From assembly GCA_965237805.1 (NCBI GenBank), contig OZ250153.1:256001-320000 (forward strand): a DNA stretch of 64,000 nucleotides, given 5' to 3'. Within the stretch, counting starts at the first letter, position 1; each line of letters starts with the position of its first letter. The stretch is from Gammaproteobacteria bacterium. GTDB lineage: Bacteria; Pseudomonadota; Gammaproteobacteria; JABABF01. Positions 58,368 to 64,000 of the stretch are shown here, one piece after another. Position numbers and translations under genes: made by a program. A model generated the notes under the pieces. It saw only the letters and a list, made by a program, of their open reading frames with translations, was not told the origin of the DNA and ran no database searches.

Positions 58368-60163
58368 GCGAGCAGAGTGCCATAGAGCGCCAGCCCTTGG
58401 GGCTAACCGAACTGGTGTTGCGCGACGGCCAGCAGTCCTTGCTCGCCACGCGCCTGCGCTTGGACGATATGCTGCCGGTGGCGGCGCAGCTGGACAGCGT
58501 GGGCTACTGGTCGATGGAAAGCTGGGGCGGGGCGACTTTCGATGCCGGGCTGCGCTTCCTCGGCGAGGATCCGTGGCTGCGCATCAGGGAACTGAAAGCA
58601 GCCATGCCCAACACCCGCCAGCAGATGCTACTGCGCGGCCAGAACCTGCTCGGCTACCGCCACTATGCCGACGATGTGGTGCGCCGCTTTGTGGCCTGTG
58701 CTGCCACCGCTGGCGTCGATGTGTTCCGCGTCTTCGACGCTCTCAACGACCCGCGCAACTTGGCAACCGCCATCGACGCCGTGATCGCCGAAGACCGGCA
58801 TGCCCAAGGGGCCTTGTCCTATACCATCAGCCCAGTGCACACGCTGGCTGGCTGGGTCGATCTGGCACGCCGCATCGAAGATATGGGTGCCCACTCGGTG
58901 GCGATCAAAGACATGGCGGGCTTGCTCAGCCCGTACGCCGCTTCCGAGCTGGTGAGCGCGCTGCGCATGGCTGTGAGCGTGCCGATCCACATGCAGTGCC
59001 ATGCCACCACCGGCTTCTCTGTCGCCACCATCCTGATGGCGGTGGAGGCCGGGCTGAGCAATGTCGATTGCTCGATTTCCTCGCTCAGCATGAGCTACGG
59101 GCACGCGCCGACCGAGACTGTCATCAGTATGTTCCAGGGGCACGGACGCGACACTGGCTTAGCTTTGGAAGCGCTAGAGCCGATCGCCGCGCATTTCCGC
59201 ACCGTGCGCCGACGCTACGCCGCCTTTGAGGGAGAGTTGCGCGGCGTCGATGCGCGCATCCTCTCGGCGCAAGTGCCGGGTGGTATGTTGAGCAATCTGG
59301 AGCAGCAGCTGCGCGAACAGCGGGCGCTGGATCGCTTCGACGAGGTGCTACAGGAGATTCCGCGGGTGCGCGAGGATCTTGGCTTCCTGCCGCTGGTAAC
59401 CCCGACCTCGCAGATCGTCGGCACCCAAGCGGTACTCAATGTATTGCACGGTGAGCGCTACCAGACGATGGCGCGCGAGACCACCGCCATCCTGCGCGGC
59501 GAATACGGGAATACGCCAGCACCGGTAAACAAGCAGCTGCGTGAGCGTGCTCTGCGCGAGGCCGGTGAGGCGGTGGAGCTAGACCACTCGACGCCAGAAA
59601 TGGGTTCACTGTTGGAGCGGTTACTGGAGCGGGGCAGCGCACTGGACTTGCACTTCGACAGCGGCGAACCCAAGGAAGAGGAGCTGCTGAGCTACGCGAT
59701 GTTCCCGGAGGTGGCCCTGAAGTTTTTTCAACACCGCGGCGATGCATCGGCTTTCGAGCAAGCACCCGGTGCCGAGCCAGCAGCGATGGCGACATCCCCA
59801 GAAACGGGTGCCGAGAACGGGGCGAGTGAGGTGCGTGCAGTGGGTGCCAACCAGTACCAAGTCACGGTCGACGGCCAGCACTTCCGGGTGCAGGTGCAGC
59901 CGGACGAGGCCGATGCCGAAGATAGCCAAGCGGTGACAACCCGGGGCGACGGAACCGTCGTGGCCGCACCGATGGCCGGCACCGTGCTGCGCGTGATCGC
60001 AGATGAGGGCGATGTGGTGGCGGCGGGGGAAGTGCTGTTGGTGATGGAGGCGATGAAGATGGAAACCGAGGTGCGTGCGCTCCAAGGCGGCGTGTTGCGC
60101 CGCTTCTTGGTCAGCACCGGGGATGCCGTGTCGGTGGGCGATGCCCTCGTGGAAATCGGCTGA
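58364..60163 (+). CDS. oadA: Oxaloacetate decarboxylase alpha subunit
   Basis: LRDGQQSLLATR, WGGATFD, IKDMAG, LVTPTSQIVG, biotinyl EAMKME. Confidence 0.93.
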   Translation: MSEQSAIERQPLGLTELVLRDGQQSLLATRLRLDDMLPVAAQLDSVGYWSMESWGGATFDAGLRFLGEDPWLRIRELKAAMPNTRQQMLLRGQNLLGYRHYADDVVRRFVACAATAGVDVFRVFDALNDPRNLATAIDAVIAEDRHAQGALSYTISPVHTLAGWVDLARRIEDMGAHSVAIKDMAGLLSPYAASELVSALRMAVSVPIHMQCHATTGFSVATILMAVEAGLSNVDCSISSLSMSYGHAPTETVISMFQGHGRDTGLALEALEPIAAHFRTVRRRYAAFEGELRGVDARILSAQVPGGMLSNLEQQLREQRALDRFDEVLQEIPRVREDLGFLPLVTPTSQIVGTQAVLNVLHGERYQTMARETTAILRGEYGNTPAPVNKQLRERALREAGEAVELDHSTPEMGSLLERLLERGSALDLHFDSGEPKEEELLSYAMFPEVALKFFQHRGDASAFEQAPGAEPAAMATSPETGAENGASEVRAVGANQYQVTVDGQHFRVQVQPDEADAEDSQAVTTRGDGTVVAAPMAGTVLRVIADEGDVVAAGEVLLVMEAMKMETEVRALQGGVLRRFLVSTGDAVSVGDALVEIG

Positions 60164-60166
60164 ACC

Positions 60167-61333
60167 GTGGCACTATTGCTGGAGCTGTGGCATGGCACCG
60201 GGCTGAGCCAGGCCGAGAGCGCCCAAGTGGCGATGGTGGTGGTCGGCTTAGGTCTGCTCTATCTCGCTATCCACCACCGCTTCGAACCCCTGCTGCTATT
60301 GCCCATAGGCTTCGGCGCGATCCTCGTCAACATCCCCGGCGCTGGCTTTGCCGACGCACCGGTCTACGACGAGCTGGGCAAACTAGCTGAGCCTGGCGGC
60401 TTGCTCTATTACATCTATCAGGCGGGCATCGCCAACGGCCTGTTCCCGCTGGTGATCTTCATGGGTGTCGGCGCTCTGAGCGACTTCGGCCCGCTGCTGG
60501 CCAACCCACGCACCTTGCTGCTCGGTGCCGCCGCGCAGTTCGGCATCTTCGCCACCGTGCTCGGAGCCATCGCGCTGAACAACACCGGGCTGGTCGAGTT
60601 CAGCCTGCAGCAGGCGGCAGCCACCGGTATTATCGGTGGGGCCGACGGACCGACGGCGATCTTCGTCGCCAGTCGCCTCGCGCCGGAGCTGCTCGGGGCC
60701 ATCGCCGTGGCGGCCTATTCCTACATGGCGCTGGTGCCGATCATCCAGCCACCAATCATGCGCGCCCTGACCACCCCGGCCGAGCGCGGCCTGCGGATGA
60801 CACAGCTGCGCACCGTCAGCCAGCGCGAAAAGATCATCTTCCCACTGTTGCTGTTGGCGTTGGTGGCGATGCTGTTGCCAGCCGCCGCCCCGCTGATCGG
60901 TATGCTGTGCTTGGGCAATCTGATGCGCGAGTGCGGCGTGGTCGATCGGCTCAGCGAGACCGCCCAAAACGCCCTCATCAACATCACCACCATCTTCTTG
61001 GGGCTGGGCGTGGGCTCCAAGATGAGTGCCGAGGAGTTCCTCGACCTGAGCACTTTGGCGATCCTGTTATTGGGGGCGATGGCCTTCTCAATCGGCACCG
61101 CCGCCGGAGTGCTGATGGCCAAGCTGATGAACCGGTGGAGCGCACAGCCGATCAACCCACTGATCGGTGCTGCCGGGGTGTCGGCAGTACCGATGGCCGC
61201 ACGCGTGGCGCACCGTGAGGGGCTGCGGGCCGACCCGCATAATTTCCTGCTGATGCACGCGATGGGGCCCAATGTGGCGGGCGTCATCGGCTCGGCGGTG
61301 GCGGCCGGGGTCATGCTGAGCCTATTGGGCTGA
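60167..61333 (+). CDS. oadB: Na+-translocating decarboxylase beta subunit
   Basis: [47 protein letters not shown]. Confidence 0.93.
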   Translation: MALLLELWHGTGLSQAESAQVAMVVVGLGLLYLAIHHRFEPLLLLPIGFGAILVNIPGAGFADAPVYDELGKLAEPGGLLYYIYQAGIANGLFPLVIFMGVGALSDFGPLLANPRTLLLGAAAQFGIFATVLGAIALNNTGLVEFSLQQAAATGIIGGADGPTAIFVASRLAPELLGAIAVAAYSYMALVPIIQPPIMRALTTPAERGLRMTQLRTVSQREKIIFPLLLLALVAMLLPAAAPLIGMLCLGNLMRECGVVDRLSETAQNALINITTIFLGLGVGSKMSAEEFLDLSTLAILLLGAMAFSIGTAAGVLMAKLMNRWSAQPINPLIGAAGVSAVPMAARVAHREGLRADPHNFLLMHAMGPNVAGVIGSAVAAGVMLSLLG

Positions 61334-61458
61334 GGCCCGGCACAGAGCGATGACCCTAGCGGTGTCGAGTGATGCCGTTATAATGCGGCGGCTGTCAGGA
61401 TATTGACGGCTTGCAGGGACAACATCCAAGAGCCGAGAGAATACCAGAGGAGCAAATT

Positions 61459-61662
61459 GTGAGTGAAGCACAGACGGCAGATGCCCCCTTTCGCAAGTGG
61501 GAATGTGTGATATGCGGCTTTGTCTACGACGAGGCCGAAGGCTGGCCCGACGACGGCATCGCCCCCGGCACCCGCTGGGCGGATGTGCCCGAAGACTGGG
61601 AATGCCCCGACTGCGGCACCAGCAAATACGACTTCGATATGCTCGAAATCGAAGCGGACTGA
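61459..61662 (+). CDS. Rubredoxin
   Basis: [40 protein letters not shown]; GAGGAG RBS before the GTG. Confidence 0.93.
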   Translation: MSEAQTADAPFRKWECVICGFVYDEAEGWPDDGIAPGTRWADVPEDWECPDCGTSKYDFDMLEIEAD

Positions 61663-62002
61663 GGGGCTTGCCCGCCCGCGGTGGGTGGGTTGATGGTGGA
61701 TCTCCACTTGGTCGGACAGCTGGGATGCCGCCAACATCGCGCAGAGCCAAGCGGACAGTGCTGTGTCGCACCAGCTTGGCATTAGGCCGCCCAGCATGAA
61801 ACTGAGCTGCATTGCTGTCGATTAGCGGCAACAGCCCAATTCCCTTAGCAAGAGCTTGAGCCAGCTGCAACGCTCGCGTATAAAATCCCGCCATTTCCCT
61901 ACCAGCAGCTAGCGACCCTAAGGCCCACCTAGGAGATATCCGCCCCACCCCTATAATCAGCCCTCCCCCTCTGTGCCCTCCCCCACTAAGGACCCCTCCC
62001 CC

Positions 62003-62887
62003 ATGAAAATCGGTATGTGCCTGCCCTATATGAAGCCCAACATGGATCGCGAGACCCTGCACCAGTGGTGCAAGCGCCTCGACGAGGGGCCTTTCGACAG
62101 CGCCTCCTGCGGCGAGCGCATCACTGGCCCCACTTGGGATATGAGCATGATGATGAGTACCGCTGCCGCGCTCACCGAGCGTATCCGGCTGATCCCCTCG
62201 CTCTATGTGCTGCCGATGCACAACGCCGTCTGGGCCGCCAAGGAGATCGCCACACTGGATCAGCTGTCCAATGGACGGGTGACAGTGACGGTGGGTGTCG
62301 GCGGGCGACCGCGTGACTACCGCGCCGTCGGCGCGCCGTGGGCCAAGCGCCACCAGCGCATGGATGAGCAGATCGCCGAGATGCGGCGCATCTGGAGCGC
62401 TGAGCCACCCTTTGAAAAAGCCGACCCAGTGGGGCCGCCACCGATGCAGGAGGGCGGGCCGCCGATCCTGATCGGCGCGATGGGGCCTAAAAGTATGCGC
62501 CGCGGTGCCGAGTGGGCCGACGGTGCCTATGTTTTCTCCTGCAACGGCGAGCGCGGCGAGCTCAAGGGCATGCTGGACATGGCGGAGAATGCCTGGCAAG
62601 AGGCCGGGCACGGCAAGCGCCCCTACCGCATGGTCGGCTTTTGGTACTCGCTGGCGGACGACGGCTTGGCGCGACTCAAGAAATATGTCTACGACTATAT
62701 GAGCAACCAGAGCCCCGAGATCGCCCAGCTGATGGCCGACAGCGTCGGGCGAGCGACACCAGATGCGGTGCGCGAGGCCATCGATATCGCCGAGGAGATC
62801 GGTGCCGACGAACTGGCGCTCAATGCGGCCACCGCCGACATCGAGGAAGTGGATCGCATGGCGGAGCTACTGGCCAAGCGGGGCTGA
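62003..62887 (+). CDS. LLM-class flavin/F420-dependent oxidoreductase
   Basis: MKIGMCLP, AAALTERIRL, AKEIATLDQLSNGR, PPILIG. Confidence 0.85.
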   Translation: MKIGMCLPYMKPNMDRETLHQWCKRLDEGPFDSASCGERITGPTWDMSMMMSTAAALTERIRLIPSLYVLPMHNAVWAAKEIATLDQLSNGRVTVTVGVGGRPRDYRAVGAPWAKRHQRMDEQIAEMRRIWSAEPPFEKADPVGPPPMQEGGPPILIGAMGPKSMRRGAEWADGAYVFSCNGERGELKGMLDMAENAWQEAGHGKRPYRMVGFWYSLADDGLARLKKYVYDYMSNQSPEIAQLMADSVGRATPDAVREAIDIAEEIGADELALNAATADIEEVDRMAELLAKRG

Positions 62888-62904
62888 GCGCCCCCACCGA
62901 GGGG

Positions 62905-63504
62905 CTACTGCCCGAAGCGCCCTCCACCCCCCTCCAAGTAGGCGACTTCCTCCGGGGTGGATTGCCGCCCCAGCACCGCATTGCGATGGGGGAAACGCCC
63001 GAAGCGGGCGATGATATCGCAGTGCTGGACAGCATAGTCGTGGGCAGTCTGCAAGAGCTCGACGCGCTCTGGTAGGCTATCGCGCAGAGCGGCGGACAGC
63101 GCCACGCAGCGCTCTTGGTCAGCCAGTGACTCACTGTGCTCCAGCGGCAGATAGAAAAATGTCCAGCACACTGGTGGCAGCGCTTGATCCTGCCCACTCC
63201 GCAGCCCCGCATGGCAGGCTGCAAGCGCCAGCGGGTCGCCAGCGAAGGCCGCCGCCGCGCCGCGGCGGGTGGCGCGGGTCATCTGGTCGAGCAGCAGGAT
63301 GTAGGCCAGCGCTCCGGTGGGTTCCTCGCGCCAAGCCTCCAAGTCCCCGGCCAGTGCCGCATCGATGGCCGCACCGAAGCGCTCGGACATCTCGGCGTCG
63401 TCCTCGGGGCGGCCCGCAAACCACAGGCGGCTTCTGTCCTCGGCGATCCAGCCGTCGTGGCACTCGCCGAACCAGTAGTCGAGGATGGGAGTGGGAGTGG
63501 GCAT
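62905..63504 (-). CDS. DUF924 family protein
   Basis: ILDYWFG, ILLLDQMTR, FFYLPLEHSE, IIARFGRFPHRNAVLGRQSTPEE. Confidence 0.88.
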   Translation of the reverse strand: MPTPTPILDYWFGECHDGWIAEDRSRLWFAGRPEDDAEMSERFGAAIDAALAGDLEAWREEPTGALAYILLLDQMTRATRRGAAAAFAGDPLALAACHAGLRSGQDQALPPVCWTFFYLPLEHSESLADQERCVALSAALRDSLPERVELLQTAHDYAVQHCDIIARFGRFPHRNAVLGRQSTPEEVAYLEGGGGRFGQ

Positions 63505-63526
63505 GGGGGCGATGGCGGCAAGGGTG

Positions 63527-64000
63527 TCAGGGGCGCAGTCGGGATTGTAATGCCAGGGCCTGTTGCAGGGCCTGTTCAGCTACCGCTATACGCGCTTCGA
63601 TGTGCGCCGCCCTGAACACTTCCAGCGCTAAGGTGAAGGCGTTGACCGCCTGATCCGCATAACCCACAGCTTCAGTGCGCTCAGCTAACACATAAAAAGC
63701 CCTCCCCAAATTGTTCTGGGTTGCCGCCCAGTCCAGCGGCACCCGCTCCCGCGTCCTTTCCTGCAACGCCTCGCGATACGCCGACACCGCCTCCTCCAAC
63801 CGCTCCGACGCCCCCTCCCTTGACCCCAGCTCGCTCAGCGCAACGCCCAAATTGTTCTGGGTTGCCGCCCAGTCCAGCGGCACCCGCTCCCGCGTCCTTT
63901 CCTGCAACGCCTCGCGATACGCCGACACCGCCTCCTCCAACCGCTCCGACGCTCCCTCCCTTGACCCCAGCTCGATCAGCGCATTGCCCAAATTGTTCTG
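63527..64000 (-). CDS. TPR-repeat protein (C-terminal part; starts beyond window)
   Basis: 47-aa repeats RERVPLDWAATQNNLG...LEEAVSAYREALQE. Confidence 0.85.
   Translation of the reverse strand, partial: QNNLGNALIELGSREGASERLEEAVSAYREALQERTRERVPLDWAATQNNLGVALSELGSREGASERLEEAVSAYREALQERTRERVPLDWAATQNNLGRAFYVLAERTEAVGYADQAVNAFTLALEVFRAAHIEARIAVAEQALQQALALQSRLRP
63705..64000. repeat. Near-identical 141-bp intragenic tandem repeat (>=2 copies)
   Basis: CCCAAATTGTTCTG at 63705, 63846 and 63987. Confidence 0.9.

Noticed and set aside
61663-62002. Possible ncRNA or riboswitch between rubredoxin and the LLM gene
   Set aside because: Only a short GC hairpin after the stop; no recognisable aptamer motif.
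61322-62611. 429-aa minus-strand ORF
   Set aside because: Antisense to rubredoxin and the LLM gene; no recognisable motifs.

Overview
GC-rich (~65% by eye) gammaproteobacterial chromosomal segment, probably from a host-associated or marine lineage (inferred from gene order and several decayed genes). Core genes include partial smc, msrB, alaA, pdxB, tusA, dksA, hppA-pfp, mpl, acpS-recO-era-rnc-lepB-lepA-rseC-sdhE/ygfZ-ung, lysC-csrA-tRNA-Ser, tRNA-Arg, oadGAB and rubredoxin. There is also a coenzyme F420 biosynthesis operon (npdG-cofE-cofD-cofC-fbiC), with LLM, NTF2/KSI-like, SDR and P450 enzymes scattered nearby. The most unusual element is a pair of paralogous giant surface-protein genes (1885 and 2332 aa, same strand, ~12 kb apart). 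Each has a Ser/Thr-rich N-terminal part with short hypervariable patches in a near-identical framework, Ca-binding TSP3-like motifs, an internal GlyGly-CTERM-like segment, a second signal peptide, an OMP beta-barrel and a SPOR domain. Each is preceded by a related secreted partner gene, one intact with dockerin-like repeats and one frameshifted. Other notable items are a structured ~274-bp non-coding tandem duplication, an internally deleted P450 paralog, several pseudogenes and short tandem arrays. No CRISPR array, transposase, integrase or reverse transcriptase was seen.
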